The translations under genes were made by a program, and so were the position numbers. This document shows positions 27,041 to 36,939 of a stretch of 64,000 nucleotides of DNA, one piece after another. Numbering within the stretch: position 1 is the first letter of the stretch; the number at the start of each line of letters is the position of its first letter. The DNA is from Hadesarchaea archaeon (GTDB lineage: Archaea > Hadarchaeota > Hadarchaeia > Hadarchaeales > Hadarchaeaceae). Location: the NCBI GenBank assembly GCA_029259175.1, contig JAPDJH010000001.1:1-64000 (forward strand), given 5' to 3'. Under the pieces are notes generated by a model that worked only from the letters and a program-made list of their open reading frames with translations, did not search any database and was not told the DNA's origin.

Positions 27041-27346
27041 TCATTTTTCCAGAAGTTCATTAGAATCCCTCCCAGCGTTTTGTTTTTCATGCTCGGGACG
27101 AACTGGGCTGAAAACCAAGCCAGCGCTTCGGACAGAATGAACCAAGAAAACTTGCGTTTCTCCAGCAGTCGAATTCATCTGTGTTTCGAGGTTGAAAACC
27201 CGAAGCCAGACACGAACCATTCCCACGAACTCATCTGCGGGCACTTCATCGGCTTCGGAAAGAATGAGGTTGCGGAGAATGGGGTAGCCTGGAAGCTCGG
27301 AGCGCGTGAAGCGCTTCAGCGCCCGCAGGTCGACTTTTCTCTCCAT
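27041..27346 (-). CDS. Small hypothetical protein, integrase-associated
   Basis: 101-aa ORF divergent from the RHH gene. Confidence 0.55.
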   Translation of the reverse strand: MERKVDLRALKRFTRSELPGYPILRNLILSEADEVPADEFVGMVRVWLRVFNLETQMNSTAGETQVFLVHSVRSAGLVFSPVRPEHEKQNAGRDSNELLEK

Positions 27347-27383
27347 CGTTAACTATGTTGTTCATCAAATATTTATCCTTCCG

Positions 27384-27399
27384 TGTGACGATTGTCACA
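27384..27399. promoter_or_regulatory. Palindromic operator TGTGAC-GATT-GTCACA
   Basis: Perfect 6-bp inverted repeat between a TATA-like ATTTAT (27371) and the RHH start. Confidence 0.5.
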
Positions 27400-27746
27400 T
27401 GATGGGGAAGGCACGCGGTCCGAGGATTTGGGCCAGGCTGAACCAAAGGGAGCTGAAGATGCTCGACAAGATCAGGAGAGAGCTAGGATACTCTAGCACT
27501 GGGGAGACGCTCAGGTTCTTGATAAAGCACTACTGGTCGTCTTACGAAAGGCGCGAGCGGAGGATAGTCGCGGCGCTGAGACGCGTCCTGCCGAGGCTGA
27601 AGTCAAAGCAGCCGCCCCTTGAGGAGATAGCGTTCAGGGTGAGGGCCACACCCGAGGAGATCCGAAACTTATGCTTCAAGTACAGGATAGCGATCCCGTG
27701 GCTTGGCATCCCGCTCCCAGAGGAGAAATACCCGCTTCGCGAGTAG
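27399..27746 (+). CDS. Ribbon-helix-helix regulator
   Basis: RIWARLNQRELKMLDKIRRELGYSSTGETLRFLI. Confidence 0.65.
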   Translation: MMGKARGPRIWARLNQRELKMLDKIRRELGYSSTGETLRFLIKHYWSSYERRERRIVAALRRVLPRLKSKQPPLEEIAFRVRATPEEIRNLCFKYRIAIPWLGIPLPEEKYPLRE

Positions 27747-27747
27747 G

Positions 27748-29088
27748 TCAGGATCGCTCGAGCACGACCTTCCCGTTGGGCAGGTTGGTGACGGGGTTCC
27801 AGCCCTCCTCGATGAGGCGCTCGGCCTCCTCGGGCGGGACGACGCGCCTCTGGATCGCGCTGCGCACAGTAGACGTGAGCCGCTCGCGCACGAGTTCCTG
27901 AAACTCGTCATCGCTCAGCTCCGCCAGCCTCATGTCGGCAATCTCCTCGGGCTTGAAGCCAGCGGCGAGCAGAAGCTGACGCCTGAACTCGATGCGCACG
28001 TTCTCGCGACTTGCGGTGCCGGTGGTCTGCAGGAACTCTTGGGCGCGCTTGTAGGCCTCGCGCATATCCTCGACGACCTCCTGAGGCAGCTGGTACTTGT
28101 TCGTCGTGTACCTGGACTCGATATCCCCCTTGTGGCCCATCCAGAACTCCCGGTAGTCGCGGATCAGCAGCCCGCGCCCCTCGGCCATCATAAGCCACGT
28201 GTCGAAGTAGCTCCGCAGCACGTACGGACGCCAGTTGAACCCCGCCTTCCTGATCGCCCTGCGGATGCAGCTGGTTATCTTGGGGGTGGTAACGAAGCGC
28301 GATCGGAGCCCCTTGAACTTCGAAGTTATGACGGGGGAGTCGGGCCCGAGCTTCTCCCCCTCCCTCAGTCTGCGGTTTAGGTACTCCTCGACATACCTGC
28401 ACCCTTCCTCGCTAAGGAACGTGAAGTACTGGTGCTCGGTTTTGCTCACCTCCTCGCGTACGATCACCATCGCCGGAACCCTAGTGAACCTCACGGTTCG
28501 CTTGCCGAGCTTGAGTTCGGGCAGGTCTTTTATCCTGAGCCCGTCGCTGCCCTCGTAGTCCCCCAACGTCTCCGGGCGCAGGCCAGCGTGGGCCATCAGC
28601 GCGCACGCAGCGCGAACCCGCTCGTCGCCCGCCAAGAAGATGCGTCTAAGCTCGTCTTGGTTCGGGACGCGTTCCTCGCGGAGTGTCGGGGTGCTGTCCG
28701 CCCTCTTTATCTTGACCTTGAACCTGACCTCCCGGTCGTTGTAGTCGAGCCAGGACTTGATGGCCTTCAGCACGGACTTGATGTAGCTCCCCGCTTTGCC
28801 GGAACGCTCGGCCTCCGACACGAAGTCCATCACGAGATCTCGAATTCGTTTGTCTGGCATCCGGGCAAGGCGCTTTGGACTCAGGCCACGCTTTGCGCAA
28901 AACCAGCCGAGTCTGCGGAGGTACACATCCGCCGTAACCGGTGAGCCACGTGCGGTATTTTCATACCACCTCCGCAAGTCTGGCTCGTCAAGCAAATGGA
29001 TATATTTTGCTCTCCGCTCGGCTGCTTGCCGTCCTGCCTTTATCATTTTTCTCGTTTCTCCAGCGACCATCTGCACTCTGAAAAACAA
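27748..29088 (-). CDS. Tyrosine recombinase / site-specific integrase
   Basis: GLRPET (R), SKT (K), YVLRSYF, MGHKG...RY; adjacent to tRNA 3' end. Confidence 0.92.
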   Translation of the reverse strand: MFFRVQMVAGETRKMIKAGRQAAERRAKYIHLLDEPDLRRWYENTARGSPVTADVYLRRLGWFCAKRGLSPKRLARMPDKRIRDLVMDFVSEAERSGKAGSYIKSVLKAIKSWLDYNDREVRFKVKIKRADSTPTLREERVPNQDELRRIFLAGDERVRAACALMAHAGLRPETLGDYEGSDGLRIKDLPELKLGKRTVRFTRVPAMVIVREEVSKTEHQYFTFLSEEGCRYVEEYLNRRLREGEKLGPDSPVITSKFKGLRSRFVTTPKITSCIRRAIRKAGFNWRPYVLRSYFDTWLMMAEGRGLLIRDYREFWMGHKGDIESRYTTNKYQLPQEVVEDMREAYKRAQEFLQTTGTASRENVRIEFRRQLLLAAGFKPEEIADMRLAELSDDEFQELVRERLTSTVRSAIQRRVVPPEEAERLIEEGWNPVTNLPNGKVVLERS

Positions 29089-29127
29089 TCGGCTCCGTTC
29101 TATTTAAAGGTTCCGTACCCTAAAGTG

Positions 29128-29205
29128 TGGTGGGCCCGGAGGGATTCGAACCCTCGACCATCCGGTTATGAGCCGGACGCTCTGACCTGGCTGAGCTACG
29201 GGCCC
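29128..29205 (-). tRNA. tRNA with CAT anticodon, most likely tRNA-Ile2
   Basis: GGGCCCGTAGCTCAG...CCGG CT CAT AA CCGG...GGTTCGAATCCC...GGGCCCACCA; GGGCCC acceptor and A73 fit Ile. Confidence 0.9.
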
Positions 29206-29286
29206 GCTTCTACTCAGCATCCCTCCTTTTTTCTTTTATCAAACACACCATTAAAAACAAGACCATCGATTAGATTTGGTGAGTGC

Positions 29287-30267
29287 TTGCCGGTGCGGAT
29301 CCTCGCTCACGGGGACACTGATGGTGTGTGCGCAGCAGCTATTGCGAAATCCCAGTTCCCGGACGCCGACGTGTGGTTCACCCGCCCCGTGCGCCTGCTC
29401 CGCTACCTCCAAGAAATAGAGCCCGGCACCACCGTGATGATATTCGACATCGCGATCAACGAAACGGAAAAGGACGAGATCTTCGCCCGGATGCGCGAGC
29501 TAGCCCGCGCCGACGAAGTCATCTACGTGGACCACCACCCCTTGCCCGCCGACACGCTCAAAAAGGATATCCCAGCCACCCAGCTCGCCCACGAGGTTGG
29601 AATCAGCTCCTCGGAGCTCACCTTCAGGCTGCTCATCCAGGACCCGCGATCCGATCTCGACCGCGTGGCTCTGTGGGGCGCTATCGCCGACTACTGCGAG
29701 CAGACCGATTTCGTCCAAGAAAAGCTCAACAAGTATGACCGCCGCACCATCTACATGGAGGCCGGACTGCTGAGCCAGGCCCTGGGAGAGGCCAGAGGGG
29801 ACTACGACTACAAGCGCCAGGTGGTCGAGGCGCTAGCCCGCGGAATCCCACCCAGCGACATCCCGGAGCTGCCCGAACGGGCGCTCAGGGCCACCAAACG
29901 CGAGTGGGGCGTGTACGAGTACGTGAAAAACCACGTGGTGCTGGAGGGGAACATCGCAGTGATCTACAACCTCCCCCACGGCAGTCTCGGAAAAGCCGCC
30001 CTCTACGCAATGGGCATCACCGGGGCCGCCGTCGGGATGTGCACCCGGCAGGAAAACGACGAGGTGGACATCAGCATGCGGAAGCGCGCCAACGCCAAAG
30101 TCGATCTGAACATCCTCCTGCGCCGGATCACCGCACGGCTCGGCGGATCCGGCGGCGGACACGAGGGTGCGGCCGGTGCCACCATTCCGGCTCACATGCT
30201 GGACACGTTTCTGGAGATCGTGAAGCGCGAGGTCGCCCCCATCTCGCGCCTCAGCCCAACAGCTTGA
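29287..30267 (+). CDS. DHH/DHHA1 family phosphoesterase (RecJ-like)
   Basis: HGDTDG, FDI, VDHH, GGGHEGAAG. Confidence 0.9.
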   Translation: MPVRILAHGDTDGVCAAAIAKSQFPDADVWFTRPVRLLRYLQEIEPGTTVMIFDIAINETEKDEIFARMRELARADEVIYVDHHPLPADTLKKDIPATQLAHEVGISSSELTFRLLIQDPRSDLDRVALWGAIADYCEQTDFVQEKLNKYDRRTIYMEAGLLSQALGEARGDYDYKRQVVEALARGIPPSDIPELPERALRATKREWGVYEYVKNHVVLEGNIAVIYNLPHGSLGKAALYAMGITGAAVGMCTRQENDEVDISMRKRANAKVDLNILLRRITARLGGSGGGHEGAAGATIPAHMLDTFLEIVKREVAPISRLSPTA

Positions 30268-31300
30268 TCTTTCTGCCGCGCTTGAGCTTAAGGGCCTTCC
30301 GGTACACGACCCAATCGGTCACTATGTCCTGCACTGCGAGCCCCGTTGAGTCGAACACGGTGATCTCGTCCTCGCTCTCCCGCCCGGGCTTCTTGCCAGC
30401 CACTATCTCCCCCAGATCGCCGTAGATGTCGGCCCTCGCGATCAGACCCAGTGAGAGCGGCACGTTTACTTCCCCGCTGTGGATTGCCTGCTGGATGTCG
30501 TCCACGACCACCTTGGCCCTCAGCAAAATCTGCGGGTCGAGCTCCTGCTTCCCGGGTGCATCGGCTCCTATGGCGTTTATGTGAGTGCCCTCCGAGATCC
30601 AGTCGCTCATGACCACGGGCTTGGTGGAGGGGGTCGTGGTCACCACGATATCGGCTTCGCGCACGGCTCGCTCGGTAGAAGCCACAACTCTGAACTCAGC
30701 ATCCACGCGCCTGCTCATTTCAGCAACGAAGCGCTTGGCACTGCTACGCGAGATGTCGTTCGCCCTCACCTCCCGGATGGGGAAGAGCTCCTTGAGTCCC
30801 AAGAGCTGGGTGCGGGCCTGCGCCCCCGTTCCCACCATCGCAACTATCTCAGAATCTTTTCTTGCCAAGTACTTCGCCGCAACAGCTCCAGCCGCCCCCG
30901 TCCGGACGTTGGTGATAAACGTGCCGTCCATAATGGCGATGGGGGCACCAGTGCGCGGGTCGAGCAGAACGATCACGGCCATCACCGTGGGCAGCCCGTG
31001 GCGTTCCGGATTTTTGGGATGCACGTTCACGATTTTCACGCCAGCGGCATCAAGGCTCTCCACGTAGGCCGGCATGACACGAAAGTCCCCGTGATAGCGG
31101 CGCAGAAAAACATAGGACTTGGGCGGCATCTGGACCTTGCCGAGCCCCTTGGCACGGAAAGCCTCCTCCACGGCATCGATGGCCTCGCGCATGGTGAGAA
31201 GGCGCTCGATCTGCTTTCGGGAAAGGAGGAGCAATCGAACCCCCAATTCTCTATCAGCGGGTAGTGGCTTCAACTTTTCGGTAAGGCGGTGCCAGAGCAC
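30251..31300 (-). CDS. ala: Alanine dehydrogenase, ornithine cyclodeaminase family
   Basis: MPPK, GVKIVNVHPKN, RTGAAGAVAAKYLAR, GADAPGKQELD, FDSTGLAVQD; true start probably downstream. Confidence 0.85.
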   Translation of the reverse strand: MLWHRLTEKLKPLPADRELGVRLLLLSRKQIERLLTMREAIDAVEEAFRAKGLGKVQMPPKSYVFLRRYHGDFRVMPAYVESLDAAGVKIVNVHPKNPERHGLPTVMAVIVLLDPRTGAPIAIMDGTFITNVRTGAAGAVAAKYLARKDSEIVAMVGTGAQARTQLLGLKELFPIREVRANDISRSSAKRFVAEMSRRVDAEFRVVASTERAVREADIVVTTTPSTKPVVMSDWISEGTHINAIGADAPGKQELDPQILLRAKVVVDDIQQAIHSGEVNVPLSLGLIARADIYGDLGEIVAGKKPGRESEDEITVFDSTGLAVQDIVTDWVVYRKALKLKRGRKIKLLG

Positions 31301-31436
31301 GCGGACTACGAACCTTCGGAGTACAAACTGACTGAAGAGAGCAACACAAACTGCTCGCGGGCACTAGCACCCGTCTGTTCAGTTTTCAGAAAACAAGTTG
31401 GAAAAAGTATAAATAAAAATTCTTACAAAGTAAGAA

Positions 31437-31709
31437 TTGAAATTCATGAGATTTAAGAGAACAATCGGGCCCAAAGGACAGATCGTGGTACCCAAGGACG
31501 TGAGAGAGTATCTGGGACTAAAGCCGGGAACAAGGGTGACCTTCGAAGTTAGGGAAAGGGAACTCGTGATCAGGCCCGAGGCGGATCCAGAAAAGTCCGT
31601 AGAAGAGTTCTGCTCGGTGATCCCAAAAAAACTCAAAAAACCCATAAACATAAAGAAGATCATCGAGGAAGAACTGGAAGAGAGGTTTGGAAGACTTGGT
31701 GTACGTTGA
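31437..31709 (+). CDS. AbrB/MazE-fold antitoxin (VapB)
   Basis: IGPKGQIVVPKDVREYLGLKPG. Confidence 0.9.
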   Translation: MKFMRFKRTIGPKGQIVVPKDVREYLGLKPGTRVTFEVRERELVIRPEADPEKSVEEFCSVIPKKLKKPINIKKIIEEELEERFGRLGVR

Positions 31710-32106
31710 TTCTAACGTGTTCATCTACGCCGCAATTTACGATACCGAGAAGGGAAGGGTTGCAAAGAGGATTCTAACAGAAATCGCCAAGGGGAAGCTG
31801 GACGCTCGCACCGCTTCGCTGACTTGGGACGAAATCGTGTGGGTCATATGGAGAGTGGGCGGAGCAGCGGCGGCGAGAGCAGAGGGAGAAAAATTTCTGC
31901 GTTTGCCGAATCTTAAACTGCTTCCCGTGAACGGGGTGCTGGATACCGCCCAGAGAGTCATTGAAAAGTACGGGCTCTCCCCCCGCGATGCCATTCACGT
32001 GGCCTGCGCGCTCAAAAACCGGATTTTTGAGATAATCAGCGACGACAGGGAACTGGACAAAGTAAAAGAGATCAGGCGCATCCCCCTCCACAAAGCGGTC
32101 GAATAG
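31687..32106 (+). CDS. vapC: PIN-domain toxin VapC
   Basis: YVDSNVFIY, E, DAIHVACA, SDDRELD; overlaps antitoxin. Confidence 0.9.
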   Translation: MEDLVYVDSNVFIYAAIYDTEKGRVAKRILTEIAKGKLDARTASLTWDEIVWVIWRVGGAAAARAEGEKFLRLPNLKLLPVNGVLDTAQRVIEKYGLSPRDAIHVACALKNRIFEIISDDRELDKVKEIRRIPLHKAVE

Positions 32107-32372
32107 ATCGAGATTGGAATGCAAGCTTCGCGCCAAAACCACAATGACCCTGCGCTGACACGTCCTCAAAGACGAAGTCCGGCCGCTCGCGAATTCAAAC
32201 CAAAAAATCGGGGCACGGGTCTCCGAAAGCAAAACGCATTCCATGTGGGTTTCCCCTAATCTCCCGAACTACCGCTGCTATCAGAATGTTGGCATCCTCT
32301 TACCCAAACGAGAGGAAAGCACTTCAGAAAGCCTGGAAAGCCAAAAAATCAACACCAAGGCTGGGCAGAAAA

Positions 32373-32505
32373 TGGCGCCGGGGGGAGGACTCGAACCTCC
32401 GACCTCACGGTATCCGCACGGCCTCGCGTCAGCACACAGGGATTGAGGCTCGTTCTTCATCCGCCGCTTAACAGCCGTGCGCTCTACCTACTGAGCTACC
32501 CCGGC
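32373..32505 (-). tRNA. tRNA-Asn(GTT) with 57-nt intron at 37/38 (32412-32468)
   Basis: GCCGGGGTAGCTCAG...CACGG CT GTT A|intron|A CCGTG...GGTTCGAGTCC...CGGCGCCA; BHB: CUGU/GCGG helix with UAA and AUA bulges. Confidence 0.9.
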
Positions 32506-32540
32506 ACCATCTGGATATAAGAGGCTCCCACAATAAAAAC

Positions 32541-33305
32541 TCAACCTAGTCCCCTGAGCCTCGCGGGCCGCAGCATCAAATCGAGCGAGCTCCGCAGGTT
32601 TTCCGAGTTGTCAAAACGCCTCACTATCCGCTCGAGCTCCGACTGCGGTCTCCCAGAGAGCCTCGAAGCCTCCCTCACCAGCAGGGGCACGGCGCGCACC
32701 AAGTTGTCCACTATGGTGATGTGTGCGGCCCGGGCCGTGCGGGAGAGAGGATTCAAATCCACCGCAATCACAAACTTCCTCAGCCTCCTGAGTGCCTCTG
32801 TCCGATCGCCGTCCTCGAGCGGCACGAAGACCACATCCGCGGCCTCAATTCCGCGCTTGTCGACCCATCTCCGATTGCTGTGGATCTCAGGTATCCTGAC
32901 CGCGTAGCGCGGGTCTACTCCCAAAACCCTCCGGGCCCCGTGGTGCACGAGCCAACGCGCGATTCTGCGGGCACGCGCGTCCGAAGCATGGAAGAGATTT
33001 ACCTCCAGCTCCGCCCCCACCACCCGCGCCAGCCTCACTAGCTCCCGCGGAGCCAGCGCTGCGGCATTCCCGTTCACCGAAATCACCGGGCGTGAAGCCG
33101 CGAGCATCGCTGCCGCTGCCACACGGATGGCCCTCCTCGCCCACCTCGTCGTGCGCTCCCCCAGCAAGTAGTCAAACGCCTCGCCGCGCCCATGGGCCGC
33201 CAGCCCCTCCGGCACCACGAGCCCACGCCTGAAGCCTTCCACCAGCCGCTCGCGAATCCGCAGGGACTCGGCTCGCGGGTGTTTGGCCGACACGTGGCTC
33301 ATCAC
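32541..33305 (-). CDS. 4-phosphopantoate--beta-alanine ligase (archaeal phosphopantothenate synthetase)
   Basis: HPRAESL, AHGRGEAFDYLLGE, SVNGN, VPLEDGDR, DLNPLSRT. Confidence 0.92.
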   Translation of the reverse strand: MMSHVSAKHPRAESLRIRERLVEGFRRGLVVPEGLAAHGRGEAFDYLLGERTTRWARRAIRVAAAAMLAASRPVISVNGNAAALAPRELVRLARVVGAELEVNLFHASDARARRIARWLVHHGARRVLGVDPRYAVRIPEIHSNRRWVDKRGIEAADVVFVPLEDGDRTEALRRLRKFVIAVDLNPLSRTARAAHITIVDNLVRAVPLLVREASRLSGRPQSELERIVRRFDNSENLRSSLDLMLRPARLRGLG

Positions 33306-33372
33306 GCGTTATTCTTGGCCCAAAATCAAAAAGCTTTTTGAGACCGCAACCAATCTATGGTGGAGCGAGAGG

Positions 33373-34029
33373 ATGAGAGACATCATCTGGCCAGTGCTGG
33401 CTCTCGTGGTCGCGCTCTTCGCCGTTGTCGTCGCGGTGGCCACCGGCCCGCTCGCCTTCGGGGTGGCCATCGCAACCCTCATGGTGGCTCTAGCAGTGGT
33501 GTACCAGTACCTCTACGTGCCGAAGCCCCAAGAACAAGAGATCCGAGTGGAGGACTTCTCCTGGTGGGCCGATCTGGGCGAGCCGCTTTTCCGATTGAAA
33601 GATGCCGACCCCAGCGATTCCGCCACGGCCGCTCAGCTGGTCGCCTCAGACTTGAAAGTCATCCACAAGAACTGTGCCCTGCTGCACGACCGCATCTCTC
33701 TGCTGATCGGACGGCGCGACTTCGAAGACCTCCCCGCACCCCTGCTCGTGACCGAGACCAAACAGGCTGCTGGTGCCCTCCAGCAAATAATCCAAGAGTG
33801 CGAGCAGGCCCTGCGCGTGCGCCCAGAACTCCACAAAAGCCTCGAGCGCATAGCCTCCCGCTTGGACCGTGTGGGCAACAAGCTGTACGAGTTCGAGCGG
33901 GGGAGGTCGGAGCTAATAAAGACCTATGCGGACCCCCTGAGACGGGCCGCCGAAAAGCTCTCGCGTGACCTGCGCAAAGCCGCCACCAATCTGTTCCAGT
34001 TCGAGAAGCGGATGAAGGGGGCCCAGTAG
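33373..34029 (+). CDS. Hypothetical membrane-anchored helical protein
   Basis: Two N-terminal TM helices then coiled coil; stop overlaps EF-1alpha start. Confidence 0.7.
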   Translation: MRDIIWPVLALVVALFAVVVAVATGPLAFGVAIATLMVALAVVYQYLYVPKPQEQEIRVEDFSWWADLGEPLFRLKDADPSDSATAAQLVASDLKVIHKNCALLHDRISLLIGRRDFEDLPAPLLVTETKQAAGALQQIIQECEQALRVRPELHKSLERIASRLDRVGNKLYEFERGRSELIKTYADPLRRAAEKLSRDLRKAATNLFQFEKRMKGAQ

Positions 34030-35282
34030 TGGCCAAAAAGCCACACGTCAACCTCGTTTTCATCGGGCACGTGGATCACGGAAAATCGACCCTGATCGGC
34101 CGGATGCTTGTAGAAAAGGGCGTCATCTCGGAAAAGGAGCTCCAAGAGGAGGCCGGGAGCTTCAAGTTCGCCTGGGTGATGGATCGGGAAAAAGAGGAGC
34201 GCGAGCGCGGGGTGACCATCGACGTCGCCTACCAGAAGTTCGAAACGCCGAAAAATCTCATCACCATCATCGACGCCCCCGGACACCGCGACTTCATCAA
34301 GAATATGATCACCGGGGCCAGCCAGGCCGACGCTGCCGTCTTGGTGGTCGCAGCAGACGACGGCATCATGCCGCAGACGCGTGAGCACGCTGCGCTGGCG
34401 TTCACCCTAGGCGTCGACCAGCTCATCGTCACCATTAACAAGATGGATCTCGTGGACTACTCGGCGGACGTGTACACCAAGCTCCGAACGGAAATCAAAA
34501 ATCTGCTCTCCAGCATTGGATACAAAAACGTTGATCAGATCCCAATAATTCCGATCTCCGCCTTCTACGGAGAGGGGGTGACCAAGCCCAGCGAGCGCAT
34601 GCCCTGGTACAAGGGGCCCGTGTTCGTGCAGGCACTTGAGGAGCTGAAGGAGCCTCCCAAGCCAGTAGACAAACCGCTGCGAATCCCCATTCAAGACGTG
34701 TACTCCATAACGGGAGTCGGGACCGTGCCCATCGGCAGAGTCGAGACGGGAGTGCTCAAAGTCGGCGACACCGTGGTGTTCGAGCCAGCGGGAGTGAAGG
34801 GCGATGTGAAGTCCATCGAGATGCACCACGAGTCCATCCAGCAGGCGGAGCCGGGAGACAACATCGGGTTCAACGTGCGCGGAGTTGCAAAGGACCAGAT
34901 CAGGCGCGGAGACGTGGCCGGCCATCCAGACAACCCGCCAGCGGTCGTGCGCGAGTTCACCGCCAAAATCGTCGTGCTCACATCGCCCGGAGACATCGGC
35001 CCTGGATTCACGCCCACCTTCCACTGCCACGCGGCCCACGTTCCCGGACGCATAACCCAGCTCATGCAGAAGATCGACCCAAAAACCGGAAGCGTGGTGG
35101 AGGAGAACCCAGCAGCAATCAGGAAAGGGGACGCCGCCGTGATCCGTGTAGCTGTCCTCAAACCGCTTGTGATGGAGCGCTCCAGCGACATCCCCCAGCT
35201 GAGCCGGTTCGCCATACGGCACGCGGGGCAGACCATTGCAGCCGGAATATGCGTAGATATCGTGCCAGCTAAAAAATCATAG
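34029..35282 (+). CDS. tuf: Translation elongation factor EF-1alpha
   Basis: [44 protein letters not shown]. Confidence 0.93.
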   Translation: MAKKPHVNLVFIGHVDHGKSTLIGRMLVEKGVISEKELQEEAGSFKFAWVMDREKEERERGVTIDVAYQKFETPKNLITIIDAPGHRDFIKNMITGASQADAAVLVVAADDGIMPQTREHAALAFTLGVDQLIVTINKMDLVDYSADVYTKLRTEIKNLLSSIGYKNVDQIPIIPISAFYGEGVTKPSERMPWYKGPVFVQALEELKEPPKPVDKPLRIPIQDVYSITGVGTVPIGRVETGVLKVGDTVVFEPAGVKGDVKSIEMHHESIQQAEPGDNIGFNVRGVAKDQIRRGDVAGHPDNPPAVVREFTAKIVVLTSPGDIGPGFTPTFHCHAAHVPGRITQLMQKIDPKTGSVVEENPAAIRKGDAAVIRVAVLKPLVMERSSDIPQLSRFAIRHAGQTIAAGICVDIVPAKKS

Positions 35283-36077
35283 AACGGGCACGACCGGCGG
35301 ACTCAGCTTGTGCTGATTGCTCGCCTCGCGTCGGATAACCTTTCTCACAACTGCCAACGAAACGTGCAGCGCACGTGCGATCTCAGCTGGAGCGAACCCG
35401 AGATCAAGAGCCACGAGCACACGGTCTAGCACTTCGTAGGAGAGACCGAGCTCCGCCTCGTCCGTCTGCCCCGGCCAGAGCCCTGCACTCGGCGTTTTCT
35501 CTATAATCGACTGCGGAACGCCCAGATACCTCGCCAGCGCCCTCACCTGGGTCTTGTACAGAGCACCCAGAGGCAGGAGATCGCAGCCGCCGTCCCCGTA
35601 CTTGGTGAAGTAGCCCATGCGCAACTCGCTCCGATTCCCCGTGCCAACGACCAAGGCACGGCGCGCATTGGCGTGATAGTACAGAATGCACATGCGGATA
35701 CGGGCCTTCAGATTGGCGAGAGCCAGCAAATGAGGGCGAAGCACACCGCGAAACGGTTTGAGCAGAGGAGCTATGTCGATGGTCTTGACTTGGATTCCCA
35801 GCTGCTTTGAGATCGTGCGCACATCGCGCTTGTCCTCCGGTGGTGTGACTCCCCGCTCCGGGAGAAAGAACATCCACGTCTTCTTCCTTCCCAGAGCTCG
35901 GACACAGAGATGAGCGACAACCGAGGAGTCCACCCCCCCGCTCACCCCCACCACCACTCCTCTAGCACCCGCCGCTCGCAACCGTTTCCTGAGAAATCCC
36001 TCTATCTGGCGCGCGACTTTCGCCGGTCGGATTTCCAGCGAGCGCTCAACTGCCCGAACCACACGTTCAGAAACCAT
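35277..36077 (-). CDS. nadE: NH3-dependent NAD+ synthetase
   Basis: [35 protein letters not shown]. Confidence 0.95.
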   Translation of the reverse strand: MVSERVVRAVERSLEIRPAKVARQIEGFLRKRLRAAGARGVVVGVSGGVDSSVVAHLCVRALGRKKTWMFFLPERGVTPPEDKRDVRTISKQLGIQVKTIDIAPLLKPFRGVLRPHLLALANLKARIRMCILYYHANARRALVVGTGNRSELRMGYFTKYGDGGCDLLPLGALYKTQVRALARYLGVPQSIIEKTPSAGLWPGQTDEAELGLSYEVLDRVLVALDLGFAPAEIARALHVSLAVVRKVIRREASNQHKLSPPVVPVL

Positions 36078-36120
36078 CGACCTCGTAAGACTATGGTGGT
36101 GAAACCGTTAAAAATTGAGC

Positions 36121-36939
36121 TCAGAACTTTCTGGGATACGAGCCCAAGATCTTCAACATCGCGGTCTTTTGCCTCACGCCCTCCAGCGCCTCCACGACGA
36201 CCGGATCCTCGCGGTGGCCCTCGAAATCGATGAAAAAGAGATAATCGCCCAGTGCCTTCTTGGAGGGTCTCGACTCGATCTTCGTGAGATTGATCTTTCT
36301 GGAGGCGAACTCTCCGAGAATCTCGTACAGGATGCCAGGACGATCCCGCTCCGTGTAAAACACTATCGACGTCTTGTCCTTTCCCGAGGGGGGCGAGTCG
36401 GATTTGCCAAGACAGAAGAAGCGCGTGAGGTTTTCCTCGCCCTCGGAGACGTTATCTCTCAGTATCTCCAGCCCGTAGAGCTCAGCAAGCCGGGCCGGGC
36501 CCACCGCCGCCATGTGCGATTGTCTCAGCTTGGCCACCTGCTCCGCGGCGCGCGCGGTGCTCGTCATCTCGATCAGCTCCACATTGGGGAGGTGGGTCTG
36601 GAAGAACCTCCGGGATTGGGAGAGAGCCTGCGGATGCGACAGTACCTGCGTTATCTGGTCCAAGCGCGTGCCCGGAACCACCAGCAACGCATGAGTCACG
36701 GGCAGAACGATTTCCGCTTTAACCCTGACGTCCATCCACGCCAGCGCATCCAGCGCTTCTCCCACCGAACCCTCGCGCAAGCTTTCGACCGGGATGACCC
36801 CGTGCTCCACCGCTCCCTCAGCAACCAAGCGTGCCACGTCCGTGATGCTCTGGCAGTAGAAAAAATCCGCTTTCCCGAAGTATTCCAGCGCCGCCAGCTC
36901 CGAGAAAGTCCCGCGCGGACCCAGAACGGCAACCCTCAT
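36121..36939 (-). CDS. pheA: Prephenate dehydratase with ACT domain
   Basis: LGPRGTFS, SHPQALSQ, TRF, NLTKIESRP. Confidence 0.95.
   Translation of the reverse strand: MRVAVLGPRGTFSELAALEYFGKADFFYCQSITDVARLVAEGAVEHGVIPVESLREGSVGEALDALAWMDVRVKAEIVLPVTHALLVVPGTRLDQITQVLSHPQALSQSRRFFQTHLPNVELIEMTSTARAAEQVAKLRQSHMAAVGPARLAELYGLEILRDNVSEGEENLTRFFCLGKSDSPPSGKDKTSIVFYTERDRPGILYEILGEFASRKINLTKIESRPSKKALGDYLFFIDFEGHREDPVVVEALEGVRQKTAMLKILGSYPRKF

Larger units (their letters stand above)
21292..29127. mobile_element. Integrative element at tRNA-Ile2 3' end (left boundary not found; may include the giant gene and extend past the window start)
   Basis: Integrase next to tRNA, RHH regulators, Mini-A-like gene, GC-rich relative to flanks; no tRNA-Ile att duplicate seen by eye. 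Confidence 0.65.

Noticed and set aside
26638-27090. 150-aa minus-strand ORF in the element
   Set aside because: Atypical composition, overlaps its neighbour, no motif; may be spurious or decayed.
1-29127. att duplicate of the tRNA-Ile2 3' end
   Set aside because: Only short chance-level matches found (e.g. CCGGAGGG near 25219); boundary left undefined.
28996-29286. N-terminal extension of the DHH ORF
   Set aside because: Runs through the integrase start and the tRNA; homology-like sequence begins at ~29287.
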